NCBI GenBank assembly: GCA_963702845.1
Contig: OY969763.1
Coordinates: 1,728,001-1,792,000, forward strand
DNA from: an uncultured Verrucomicrobiae bacterium
GTDB taxonomy: Bacteria > Verrucomicrobiota > Verrucomicrobiia > Limisphaerales > Palsa-1400
Length of the DNA: 64,000 bases
Direction: 5' to 3'
The notes under the pieces were generated by a model. That model did no database searches, was not told the origin of the DNA, and saw nothing but the letters and a program-made list of their open reading frames with translations. The position numbers and the translations under genes are program-made. Of this stretch, positions 39,943 through 51,130 are shown one piece after another; position 1 is the first letter of the stretch, and every line of letters begins with the position of its first letter.

Positions 39943-41814
39943 ATGAGTGCTTCCGAACAATTAAAGATCGTTATCGTTGGCCACGTTGATCATGGCAAGT
40001 CAACTTTCGTCGGCCGGCTTTTCCACGACACCGGTTCGTTGCCCGAAGGCAAGCTGGAACAATTGCAGCGCGTCTCCGAACGCCGCGGCGTGCCTTTCGA
40101 ATGGGCCAATCTGATGGACGCGCTGCAATCCGAGCGCGACCAGAACATCACCATCGACACGGCGCAGATTTGGTTTCAAACCAAGAAGCGCCAATACGTC
40201 ATCATCGACGCGCCCGGGCATAAAGAATTTCTCAAGAACATGATTACCGGCGCCGCCAATGCGGAAGCGGCGCTGTTGTTGATCGACGCAAGTGAAGGCG
40301 TGCAGGAACAATCCCGACGTCACGGCTATCTATTGAACCTGCTCGGCATTCGTCAGATTGTCGTCCTCGTCAATAAAATGGATTTAGCCGCCTATTCGGA
40401 AACCCGTTTTCGTGAAATCGAATCGGAATTTCGCGCGTTTTTAAAGAGCATCGGCGTTGAACCCAGGTTGTTCATTCCCATTGCGGCCAAACACGGTGAC
40501 AACATTGCGAGTCGTAGTGCGAACATGACCTGGTATCACGGTCCGACCGTGTTGGATTCCCTGGACGAATTTAAACGCACCGATTTGCCCGATCACCAGC
40601 CGCTACGCTTTCCGATTCAGGACGTTTATCGGTTCGACCATCGCCGAATACTTTCTGGCCGAATCGAATCTGGAACAGTGAAGGTCGGTGACCGGCTGTT
40701 GTTCAGCCCGGGAAATAAAGTGAGCACTGTCAAAACGATTGAACGCTGGAACGCGCCTGAAACGCAGTCGGCAGGGGCAGGGGAATCGGTTGGTGTCACT
40801 TTGTCGGAACAGATTTTTGTGGAACGTGGTGCTGTCGCTGCCCTCGAGACGGCTCCCCCGTATGAGCTGACTCAATTCAAAGCGCGCTTGTTCTGGCTCG
40901 GCCGCGCGCCATTCGCCAGCGGCAAGATTTACAAGCTGAAACTGGCAACGCAGGAAGTTGAATGCGAGATCGATTCAATTGAGCGACTCGTTGACTCCTC
41001 AACGTTACAGACAATCACTCGGGCCGACCAATCAGTCGCTCGTAACGAAGTCGCTGAACTAACCATTCGCACGCGCAAGCCGGTCGCTTTCGACCCGCAT
41101 TCCGACATTATTGCCACCGGGCGATTTGTCATCGTTGACGGCTTCGAAGTTTCTGGCGGCGGTATTATTGCGGCGGACAACTATCCAAAGCGCTCCTCGG
41201 ATTTGCTGCACAAGAGCCACAACATTTTCTGGAGCAAGAGCAAGGTCACCGCGCAACAGCGCGAGCTGCGCAACATTCATCGTGGTTGTGTGGTCTGGCT
41301 GACCGGCTTGTCCGCGTCCGGCAAATCGACCATCGCAACCGAACTCGAACGCGAGTTGTTTAACATGGGCCGTAACGTGTATGTGTTGGACGGCGACAAC
41401 GTCCGCCACGGCTTGTGTTCTGACCTTGGATTTTTACCTGATGATCGCACCGAAAACATTCGGCGCGTCGGTGAAGTAGCGAAGCTCTTTGCCGATGCCG
41501 GTATTATTTGCGTCACTGCATTCATCTCACCATATCGTTCCGACCGCGACCTGGTGCGCAAGATATGTAAAGAAGGACGCTTCATTGAAGTGTTCGTGAA
41601 CGCGCCGATTGAAGTCTGCGAGCAGCGCGATCCGAAAGGCCTTTACGTCAAGGCGCGAGCCAACGAGATCAAAAACTTCACCGGCATCTCCGCGCCTTAC
41701 GAGCCGCCGGCCAAAGCTGAAATCGAACTCCGCACCGATCAACTCAGCGTTGCCGAATCGGTCGCCGAGATTATCGAATTCCTAACGACCCAAGATCGAG
41801 CCGACCGGAAGTAA
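39943..41814 (+). CDS. cysNC: bifunctional sulfate adenylyltransferase subunit 1 / APS kinase
   Basis: [45 protein letters not shown]. Confidence 0.93.
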   Translation: MSASEQLKIVIVGHVDHGKSTFVGRLFHDTGSLPEGKLEQLQRVSERRGVPFEWANLMDALQSERDQNITIDTAQIWFQTKKRQYVIIDAPGHKEFLKNMITGAANAEAALLLIDASEGVQEQSRRHGYLLNLLGIRQIVVLVNKMDLAAYSETRFREIESEFRAFLKSIGVEPRLFIPIAAKHGDNIASRSANMTWYHGPTVLDSLDEFKRTDLPDHQPLRFPIQDVYRFDHRRILSGRIESGTVKVGDRLLFSPGNKVSTVKTIERWNAPETQSAGAGESVGVTLSEQIFVERGAVAALETAPPYELTQFKARLFWLGRAPFASGKIYKLKLATQEVECEIDSIERLVDSSTLQTITRADQSVARNEVAELTIRTRKPVAFDPHSDIIATGRFVIVDGFEVSGGGIIAADNYPKRSSDLLHKSHNIFWSKSKVTAQQRELRNIHRGCVVWLTGLSASGKSTIATELERELFNMGRNVYVLDGDNVRHGLCSDLGFLPDDRTENIRRVGEVAKLFADAGIICVTAFISPYRSDRDLVRKICKEGRFIEVFVNAPIEVCEQRDPKGLYVKARANEIKNFTGISAPYEPPAKAEIELRTDQLSVAESVAEIIEFLTTQDRADRK

Positions 41815-42048
41815 TCCCGTGTTCGCGTCTGGAAAGCTCTCAACGCGTAAACACAAACCTCCACAGAATTAGAGCAATGATAATTGCCGCGATGAGATAG
41901 CCGACAATTGCCGGCGTTAGGTTTTTAGTTTCAGTTGGCGGCGGTCCCGCCGGATTAGTGTCCATAGTTCCTCCTGCCTCCACCTTTCAAGCGAACGGCC
42001 GGTTCGGCAAGAGTCGCGGTCCCCCGAATTGTGTCTGAGAGATTCCAA

Positions 42049-45000
42049 CTAATTCGACGTAGCACGCAGCCGATAGAACTTCTGCTGCGAGACAATTGGA
42101 ATCGTCACAACGTTTGTCGCTCCTAACGTATTCTGAACACCGCCGACGTTCGTGCTGAACTGTGCGTCGATAGAATTGGCACATTCAAGCACAGCTCCCG
42201 GTATCGTCCATGAGAGAACGATCGAATCGTTTTGTTTGGAAATCGTAATTCCGCTGGATGAAACCGCCGCCGACTGGAACAACGGAGGAGGCGGAAGTGG
42301 CCCTGAAGGCAAAACCGGCATCGTCTGGATCACACTGATCACACCAACACCTGGCAAAATCGGAACACTTCCCGAAATGAATCCATAGTCACCACCGTCG
42401 AGCGGCGGAACTGTGACCTGTTGACTGACAACCGCACCGTAGCGATTGCGTACGATCAGATCGTATTTCTGTCGCGCTGCAATTTGTGAGTTAGCCGGCG
42501 TGCGGACGCGTAAAAACGGAGTGGTGGTAGTTTTGATGACTTTACCGTTTAGCCGCCATGAATATGACATCGGCGAACGGCCCGAGACCTGGATATTGAT
42601 AACCGAGTATTGAGGATCGTCATCGGACTGCGACTGCGGTTGGTTAAGAATTACAGGAGCATAGATCAACGCGAGAATATGGGAGCCCCCGGCTGCAATA
42701 CGAGCGACGTGGCGGAGGCCTGTTGGAACAGGAGTCGTTTTCAAGCCGGTATTTGGATTAACGTTATCGGCATCGCCCCAGGTAATGACGCGTCCATCAG
42801 ACGTTAATGCGACGCTGTGATTCCCACCAGCCGCGATAGCGACAATCTTCGCCAATCCAGCAGGAATAGTGGTCTGACCGACACTGTTGTCTCCCCACGC
42901 GAACACCGTTCCATTTCTTCGCAGGCCGAGACCATGTTTATCGCCCGCTGCTATTGCGATAACGTCGTTGAAATGCGGAGGCATCAACTGCCCTTTGTCA
43001 TTGTTACCCCAACCAGCGATCCTGCCCGATCGCATCAGAGCCAAACTGAACGCGTCCCCGGCAGCAACAGCCGCTGCTCCTTTGACATCCTGGGGAACAT
43101 CGGTCTCGCCAGAGTCATCGGAGCCCCACGCGCTAACCGTCCCATCACGATTGACCGCTACCAGATGGGTAGAGCCAACGCAAAAACTGCGCACGTCCGT
43201 AAGTATTGTCTGCTCGCTAAAGATCTCATCTGGATCCCAAATATTCAGCGAACCATTTTTCGAGAGAACCGCTGCAAAACCTGAGCCGATTCCGATCATG
43301 GTAACATCACTCAAGTCGTCTGGAACATACGCATCGGTCCCATCAGAATTATTCCAGACACGCACCGTCCCATCTCCGAGCAGAGCGATACTTCTGGAGA
43401 TGCCCGGTACTGATTGCTTTTACATCGTACAAATCTGCTGGCACGGCCATTTCACCGCCATTGGCATCGTCGGTTCCCCACCCGATTACGGCGCCCGGAT
43501 AGAGGATGCTGACCGGAGCCTGTGCCTGCCACGTATAACCGGAGTGATCATTAACTGCCGTCAGGCCGAAAGTACCGCTGTCGTATGTCGTCGTGTTTTT
43601 GATTTTCAGAACCGGGCTGGTTGATCCAACGATGTGCCCATCGTCGGTAAGCGGACTGTCATATTGTGACCACGTGTACGTAGTGGGAATTTCACCAGAC
43701 GTATTTAGTTTCAGACGAACTTCGCTGCCAGCAATCGCACGGACACCGTCCAATGCCGATTTGACGTGTAATATCGCAGAATCAATGGAGCCCCCGGAAT
43801 CGCCACCGACACTGACACTATACGTCCCGGCATCGCCGAAAGTCGCTGGTATGACTTTGAGGTCTGGACCGGTCGAAATCTCGTATCCACTAGGGTTACC
43901 CCATGAATAGCTTGTCGGCGGAACGCCGCGCGTGACAGTCTGGAACCGCGCGACTGAACCGTCGTAGACAGTCTGCTCGTGAGGAATGATTTCCACCAAA
44001 TTTGCCGGATCGGGCGTGAATTTGATGTCCGAAATCCATCCACAATCCATGCCCGCGAACGAGACTCCATCCTTCGCATACACCCATGAAACGGATTGTT
44101 GCCCGTTATAGATATGGAATGATGCGTATCGCCAGCCCGTCTCGCCCGAAATTTGAGCCATCAAAGTGCCATCGATAAAAAATTCCAGGAAGTCGAAGTT
44201 TGTTTCCGAAGAGACCTTCCACCAGAAGCTAACCATTCCAGGCCCGATGATGGAATTGTCTATCTCCGACGCACCATTATCCGGCGTCGGCATCGATTGC
44301 AGTGCCGATGACTTTCCATGTTTGATTCGATTCTGCAAAAACCATGGGGGAGCATCATAATAGTCAGACATACTCCATCCAAATCCGGGCTCACCGACGG
44401 CCGTCCCAAAATCCGTTTTCGCCGACAAAAACACAGGTATCGAATTGGTTGTTCCGAAAGGATCGGTGATACGGACGCCGTAAACCCCAATGAAATCGGA
44501 CGTCACATTCGAAAGTACCAGTGAAGCGTTGGTGGCATCGGACATATCCGAACCGTTGAAAGCCCATTGGTAAGAAGCTGGAGGAGCGGAGATCGCTTTG
44601 ACTGTGAACGTCACGGTCGCGGTCCCGTCCATATCCGCGTGCTGATCGTTTGGTTGTTCGATAATTTGTGGAGGTGAATAAGTTTTTGGCGTGAAATGGA
44701 CTGAGTCTATGAATGAGGATTCCGAATCACTAACCCATTGGACCATATGCGGGCCCGGGGTGAAGGCGATGGACGCCTGTTTCCATTCACCGCTACCGTC
44801 ATAATTGAAATAGGGCGTGATATACGTGACACCGCCATCGACAACGTAATCGGAAACCTCGATGTTACCCGCTGATTTCCACCAGAACGTCAGCAGTCCC
44901 GGGCCTACGACTGTCGTTTGCAAGGCTGATCCCAAATTGCCCTGCGCTGCGCTTCGGTGATCATGCGTCACATGGGATTCGCCAAACCATGGAACATCCG

Positions 45001-46483
45001 AGCCTGTCACCCAAACAAAATCCGGTTCATCAAGAGCGGTACGCAGCGAGATCGAAGACGGCACAACCGTCAGGTTTAGGCTCGAAAATACGGTGCCAAA
45101 AAGATTGCTGACCATCACTGAATACCCTCCTTGATCGGGAATGTTTGGCGAGATCGTCAATGTAGCATTGGTTCCAAGGTCGATCGGGTTGCCCAAGAAA
45201 AACCATTGATAGGCGAGGTTCGTTCCAGCCGCGGTGACGGAAAGCGAAACGGTATCACCCTGGGTCGCCGTTGTATCACCCGTGGCGCTCACGATCGTCG
45301 GCGGATCACCCGTCAGCGGCTCAACCGTCATTTGATCGATCCATACTGTGTCGGCTCCATAATAACCGCTGTTATATACCCAACTCACAGCATGGTCACC
45401 AGCCGGCACGAGAATCTCCTTCTGCGTCCAATCATAACTGCCGTCGCCGCCTGAATGGCTTTCAACTGTTGCGTTATCGAGAGTGGTAGTGAAGGATGAG
45501 TCGGCTATGGCTGAATACTTCGCCCAGAATTTGACCGACGCCGGCCCAGTGATCTGTGACGTTAAAACAGCGTCGTTGTAATAATTCCAACGCCCGGGAC
45601 TTTGAAGGGCATCTTCCCCGTCATGCGTTACCGCCGTTTGACGAAACCAATCGACGTCGCCGGATAGCGACCAATCAATATTCGTCGTATCGAGAGCTTC
45701 AGGAATTCCTGCAAGACTAGGCGTGAGCGTTGCCGTCCCCTGGGAACTGCCATAAAAATTCGTAACGGTGATTGTGTAGGTTCCCGCATTTCTACGGCTC
45801 ACCGGGTTGAAGACGAGATCCGGGCTATTTCCACCGACGGAAGAGTCAAAACTCGACCCGGGATAGCGCACCGTCCAACTGTAATGGAGCGGTCCATCGC
45901 CTGTGGCTGTGGCATGAAATGTTAAGGGCAGCCCCACTTCGCTTGTTGAAGCATCGGGCGAAACGGTTACTTGCGGCGCATCACCCACAAGCGGAGTTAC
46001 ACTGACGTCATCGACGATCGATAGCAGTTGGAACCCCAAGCCATAATTATTTATGGCGTTCCAGGATAAAGTATGACTGCCGTATGGCAGGTCTACATAA
46101 TTGCTCACCCAAACACTGTTCTGGGCCGTCAGCACAAGGCGTTGGTCGATGGTTAAGTTGAGGAAGGCTGTCGTCGGAGTGACCGTGTCAAACAACCACC
46201 AAAAACCGACGCGCGCCGGTCCGGTGACTGTCGTCCTCAACCATGTGGAATCGTTGCGTGAGCCGTCAAGGATGACCATCGCCGCGTCGACACCATCGTG
46301 AGAAAAGTCGGTTTGGGCATACCACGGGTGAAACGGTGAAGTCGTGACCGGCAACGCGCAATCGAGCGCTGCCGAAATATCAGGATAAAGTTTCTGCCCG
46401 AGTGACGGTCGCGGCAGAAAGAGAATAAAGCACGCTACTAAGAGAGACGACGCGGCGGTCGCCTGTTTGAGAATCGTTTTCAA
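42049..46483 (-). CDS. large secreted Ig-domain + RCC1-repeat protein (apparent frameshift ~43390)
   Basis: Repeated THDG.DA / FWWKVSSE modules, Ig domains, AAG..H.LAL..DG.V..WG repeats, C-terminal QKFYRL; start approximate. Confidence 0.75.
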
Positions 46484-46957
46484 GTTGTTTGTGCCCGAAT
46501 TTGGTTGTTGGCGTATAGAATTCGATATTACCGTAACGCGGTCAAGCAAATGCAAGTCAACCCCTTGCAATAGAATGAGAACGCCGCCCACCAACGCTAT
46601 CTGTGTTGACTCAGTAGCTACTTTATTATATTCTACAACCGTTGCTGAATACGCAGCCCTGGACCGAGGCGTTCGTTGGCCGTGCCCAAAACCTTTGCGC
46701 GGGACGCTCTTTGACAAAATGCAGCGAATTGGCCGCCGGAAAACCGCCGCCTACCGTGGAATTCCGGCCAGTACCCGCTTTTTACCACCAGAACAAAAAG
46801 ATGTTAAAGGTTGCGAGGCGGACCGCTTGCCACGTTGGTTCGGCATCACTTTGACAAACCCTTGCGAATCAAGGTTCCTAAAGGTTTATCAAGGTTCTTA
46901 AAGCTTAATTTTTTTTTGAGCCTTGTTTTGGAAGGCGCTCAAAAAGCTAAGGCGGCA

Positions 46958-47021
46958 GGAGAAACTTAGGAGAAACAATTAACGTTAAAGAGTTTCTCAT
47001 TTGTTTCTCCTAACCTTCTCC
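46958..47021. repeat. 21-bp inverted repeat in the divergent intergenic region
   Basis: GGAGAAACTTAGGAGAAACAA / TTGTTTCTCCTAACCTTCTCC (19 of 21 complementary). Confidence 0.75.
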
Positions 47022-47173
47022 ATGTTTCTCATTTGAGAAGGAATGAGAAGCAATGTGCCACAATGAGCCACTTTTTCGAAAAATCGGTTTGGTGTCATTT
47101 TCGGATCGCCAACGTGGGACTGACGCAGCGTCTTTTTTGTGTTCTTCGCAACTTTTGCGGTTAAATTCCCGCC

Positions 47174-48529
47174 ATGAACGTTCGTGTTCGATTTGCTCCG
47201 AGCCCCACCGGCTATTTGCACATAGGCGGTGCGCGCACGGCTTTATTTAACTGGCTTTACGCTCGCCACGTCGGTGGCACGTTTGTGTTGCGCGTGGAAG
47301 ACACCGACACCGCTCGCAACACCCAGGAAGCGACCGACGTCATCCTGCACGGCTTGCGCTGGCTTGGTTTGGACTGGGACGAAGGTCCCGAAACGCCGAA
47401 CCCGAAAGGCCCGAGCAAAGGCGATTACGGTCCATATTTTCAATCACAGCGCAACGACATCTATCGCAAACGCATCCAGGAACTGCGTGACAAAGGCATG
47501 GCTTACGAAAAGGACGGCGCGATCAAGTTCAAGATGGACCTTAATCCGATTATCATTCCTGACCTGGTGATTGGCGATGTGCGCCGTGAGCCAACCGACC
47601 GCGAAGCTGTCGATCCCGATTTCGTCATTGTGCGCTCAGACGGCCAGCCCGTGTTCCATTTCGTCAACGTCGTCGACGACATCGAAATGAAAATCACTCA
47701 CGTCATCCGCGGTGAAGACCACGTGAGCAACACCGCCAAACACATCGCGCTCTTTCGCGCCTTCGGTGTTGAGATTCCAAAATACGCACACATCCCGCTC
47801 ATCCTGAATCCTGATGGCTCCAAGATGAGCAAACGCGATCGCGGCGCATCGTTGCAGACTTACGTCGATGAAGGATTTGATCCAAAAGCTGTCGTAAATT
47901 ACCTGTCGCTACTTGGTTGGTCGCCGAAAGAAAACCGCGAAAAAATGCCGGTTGAAGAAATCGTCCAGCGCTTCGACTTGCCGCAAATCCTGCGTCACAA
48001 CGCGCGCTTTGACATGACAAAACTCCAGTGGCTCGACGGTGAGTATCTGCGCGAGTTGCCGGACGACAAGTTTCGGGAATTGGCCATCGACGCATTTCGC
48101 CGCGCTGGAGTCAATTTGGACAAATATCCATCCGACTACGTAAACGCCGCGATCGCGACCTGTAAGGGCAAGGTAAAACGTTTCAGTGAGTTGCCTGCTT
48201 ACGCCGGATTTTATTTTGCCGATGACGTGAAAATCGATCCAACGGTCGCGGCAAACGATTTTACACCCGACAACCTGGCGCGCCTAAAAAAGTTTCGCGA
48301 CGCGCTCGAAGCATTGCCCGAGTTCAACGCCACCACCATCGAGCAAACAATCAAAGCAACCGCAAAAGAGTTGGGCGTGAAAGTCGGCCAATTAATCCAC
48401 CCGACGCGTATGGCCTGCACCGGCAGCACTGCCGGCCCGAGTCTCTATCATCTGATGGAGATAATTGGAAAATCGACGGTGATTAAACGGTTGGACTCAG
48501 TTTTAGGTGGGGTCGTTGTATCGGGTTAA
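47174..48529 (+). CDS. gltX: glutamate--tRNA ligase
   Basis: RFAPSPTGYLHIGG, KMSKR. Confidence 0.96.
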   Translation: MNVRVRFAPSPTGYLHIGGARTALFNWLYARHVGGTFVLRVEDTDTARNTQEATDVILHGLRWLGLDWDEGPETPNPKGPSKGDYGPYFQSQRNDIYRKRIQELRDKGMAYEKDGAIKFKMDLNPIIIPDLVIGDVRREPTDREAVDPDFVIVRSDGQPVFHFVNVVDDIEMKITHVIRGEDHVSNTAKHIALFRAFGVEIPKYAHIPLILNPDGSKMSKRDRGASLQTYVDEGFDPKAVVNYLSLLGWSPKENREKMPVEEIVQRFDLPQILRHNARFDMTKLQWLDGEYLRELPDDKFRELAIDAFRRAGVNLDKYPSDYVNAAIATCKGKVKRFSELPAYAGFYFADDVKIDPTVAANDFTPDNLARLKKFRDALEALPEFNATTIEQTIKATAKELGVKVGQLIHPTRMACTGSTAGPSLYHLMEIIGKSTVIKRLDSVLGGVVVSG

Positions 48530-48613
48530 AACGGTCAGAGCCCAAGTTGCTTGCAACACCAAACCCAAGCATGTTGAATGTAGTGGATTGCGTCTCGTCT
48601 AAATAAAGGACAT

Positions 48614-49003
48614 ATGAAATTGATTGTTGCAAGGGCATTGCTGGTGGTCGCTGTCGCCGCCGGTGTTATTGGCTGTGGAACGCCCTACACCTACTCACCG
48701 TACGTTGGACAACAAAAAAATTGGACGACCAGCCCCGGCGGTTACGTCCGCAATGTTCAAGGCGTGCCATTCTACGCTCCCGGCCAATATCCAAACCGCC
48801 CCTACATGATCCTCGGCGCCGTCAGCACCGACAGTGAGGACAATATGGCTCGCGCCGCGCACGAACAACATGCCGATGCCGTCCTCGTTTCACACGACCA
48901 GATTTATCCCACCGGCTCAGTCGCGATGGCTGGAGCTGGAGTGGTTTGGTCCGAGCCGCTGACCGGCCGCGCCATCACGGCTAATTTGATTCGATTCCAA
49001 TAA
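48614..49003 (+). CDS. lipoprotein
   Basis: RBS AAGGA; VIG-C lipobox. Confidence 0.7.
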   Translation: MKLIVARALLVVAVAAGVIGCGTPYTYSPYVGQQKNWTTSPGGYVRNVQGVPFYAPGQYPNRPYMILGAVSTDSEDNMARAAHEQHADAVLVSHDQIYPTGSVAMAGAGVVWSEPLTGRAITANLIRFQ

Positions 49004-49049
49004 AAATCCGCGTCAGCAGGGCATTTTCATTGAACATAAAACGGACTTT

Positions 49050-50294
49050 GTGAGTCTGTTCTATGCCAAGATTATGTCTAATTCTCTACTGCAAACCGCT
49101 GCCAAATTTAACACGCGAATTGTTAAAATTGCCGCTGCCCTAATTCTGTGTTTTAGCCTGTGTTCTGCTAAAGCGGATCAAGCCACGCTCTCCCCGGGCG
49201 TGCAACAAGTTCTCAAATTGTCCCAGGCACACATGACCGACGACGTCATCACGTCGTACATCCGCAATTCAAACGATAGTTACAAATTGAGCGCCGACGA
49301 CGTTCTTTACCTGAGCGGGCAGGGCGTATCTCAACCGGTCATTTCAGCGCTGTTGCAGAAGAGCAGCACTGCAACTGCCACCACCGCGCCAGCACCCGCT
49401 CAACCACAAGTCGCTCCAGCGCCAATCTCAGCACCCCCTGTGACCGCGCCAACATTCGCTCCGGCGCAAATCGCGTCACAGCCACAAGTGCTCCCACCTG
49501 GAGGACTGCCACCAATGTCCGCTCAAGTCGCCGTTGCTCCCGAGACGCCGCCACCCGGTTCATCGATGGACCTGAATTACTTCCAGGCTCAACTCGCACC
49601 TTACGGTCGATGGGTTGATATGGCGCCGTATGGACTGTGCTGGGTTCCATCCATTCAGAACGGCGATCCAGATTGGCGCCCCTACTTTAACGGCGGTCAC
49701 TGGGATTACACCGACGCCGGCTGGAATTGGTCATCTGACTATCCATGGGGCGAGTATGTTTTCCATTATGGTCGCTGGGCACGCACAGCCTCAAATGGAT
49801 GGGTTTGGATTCCCGGTTATCAATGGGGGCCGGCCTGGGTTTGTTGGCGTAACGCTGAGGCTGAAGGGTATTGCGGTTGGGCACCGTTGCCGCCCGGTGC
49901 GCGTTTCGTGCCCGGCATGGGACTCATGTGGGATGGTCGCGTCGCAACTGACGTGGACTTTGGCCTCGCTCCCGATGCGTTCGTCTTCGTTCCATTCGAT
50001 CACTTCTGGGTCCATGACTACGTGCCGTGGGGCGCGCCGTATCATCGCGTGCCAATCCTTTTCCGCAGCAGCGTCGTCATTAACGGCTATGGCTTTGTCG
50101 GTGGACGCTTCTTCGTTGGCGGGCTCGGCCGCGATCGGATCGTATTGCGAACGCATCACGAAGTTGCGATTGTAACAATTGGATTCCACGATTCGCGCAT
50201 CGAACACGAACACCGGGTCGTCGAACACGAACGCGTGATTCAACGTGACCGCGCCTACGATCGCCACGATCGTCATGACCGCTTCTTCCGTTAA
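49050..50294 (+). CDS. secreted DUF6600-like Trp/Pro-rich protein
   Basis: LAPYGRWV, WRPY..GHW.YT..GW.W.SDYPWG...HYGRW, WGPAWV. Confidence 0.75.
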   Translation: MSLFYAKIMSNSLLQTAAKFNTRIVKIAAALILCFSLCSAKADQATLSPGVQQVLKLSQAHMTDDVITSYIRNSNDSYKLSADDVLYLSGQGVSQPVISALLQKSSTATATTAPAPAQPQVAPAPISAPPVTAPTFAPAQIASQPQVLPPGGLPPMSAQVAVAPETPPPGSSMDLNYFQAQLAPYGRWVDMAPYGLCWVPSIQNGDPDWRPYFNGGHWDYTDAGWNWSSDYPWGEYVFHYGRWARTASNGWVWIPGYQWGPAWVCWRNAEAEGYCGWAPLPPGARFVPGMGLMWDGRVATDVDFGLAPDAFVFVPFDHFWVHDYVPWGAPYHRVPILFRSSVVINGYGFVGGRFFVGGLGRDRIVLRTHHEVAIVTIGFHDSRIEHEHRVVEHERVIQRDRAYDRHDRHDRFFR

Positions 50295-50390
50295 ACGACA
50301 GAGCATTGGACGACGCTAACAAAGGCAAAACGCAAATTGGATTCTTGCGTTCGCGTATTTGCCTGTGATATTTGTGAGCAGCAACGTGAA

Positions 50391-50475
50391 GCCCACGTGG
50401 CGGAATTGGCAGACGCGCTAGATTCAGGTTCTAGTGAGTAACATCGTACAGGTTCAAGTCCTGTCGTGGGCACCA
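50391..50475 (+). tRNA. tRNA-Leu(CAG)
   Basis: GCCCACG/CGTGGGC acceptor stem, CTAGA-TTCAGGT-TCTAG anticodon arm, long variable arm, TTCAA T-loop, encoded CCA. Confidence 0.96.
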
Positions 50476-50482
50476 CTTCGAC

Positions 50483-51019
50483 TCACCAGTCCACATTCAC
50501 GCTCATCTTCTTCCCGAAACGATTGGTGTAAAATAATTGCTTCTGGGTTTTGCCGTATTCGTGCACGAGCTTGGTGATCTTCACGTCGTAGCAGCAATAC
50601 TCCGCGATGTCCAAAAGCTTGCCTTCCTTGTACCAATAAATCGCCTGCATGCCTTCGCTGGTCTTTTCAACGCCTAGCGTGGCGTTGGCAATCGAATCCA
50701 AGGACAGTCGATGCTGTAACGTCTTCTGCAAATCCAACATCAGGTCGAGGCTAGGAACTTGTTCGAAATCGAAGAACGGGTTGTGACCTTGCAACACCGC
50801 GAAATCGAAGCGTTCGCTGTTGAACCCAACGACCAGGTCGGCGCGGCGGAGCTCTTCGATCAAGTCATTGACCTGACCCTCACCGTAAATTTTGTAATCA
50901 CCACGAGCGGTGCTGTAGGTCACGCCGATGCTCATTCGCATGTCGCGAATTTTGTCCCATCCGCCGACTTCCGCGGCCGATTTTTGAGTTTCGATGTCGA
51001 AGTAAACGATGTTTGTCAC
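50483..51019 (-). CDS. RNase H-like (DEDD) exonuclease-domain protein
   Basis: YFDIETQK, VVGFN..RFD, LSLD, YCCYDV. Confidence 0.82.
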   Translation of the reverse strand: MTNIVYFDIETQKSAAEVGGWDKIRDMRMSIGVTYSTARGDYKIYGEGQVNDLIEELRRADLVVGFNSERFDFAVLQGHNPFFDFEQVPSLDLMLDLQKTLQHRLSLDSIANATLGVEKTSEGMQAIYWYKEGKLLDIAEYCCYDVKITKLVHEYGKTQKQLFYTNRFGKKMSVNVDW

Positions 51020-51130
51020 AGGAAGCTATTGGTTGCTGGGCGTTTTTAACACAGAGCAGCGCGCGTGAGCAAGCGGTTTGCAATGGTGGACGTCAAAAAT
51101 ATAAACCGCTTACTCACGCGCGCGGCTCTG

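Noticed and set aside
50391..50475. tRNA-Leu as an island integration site
   Set aside because: No duplicated 3' end or integrase seen nearby; flanks look like core genes.
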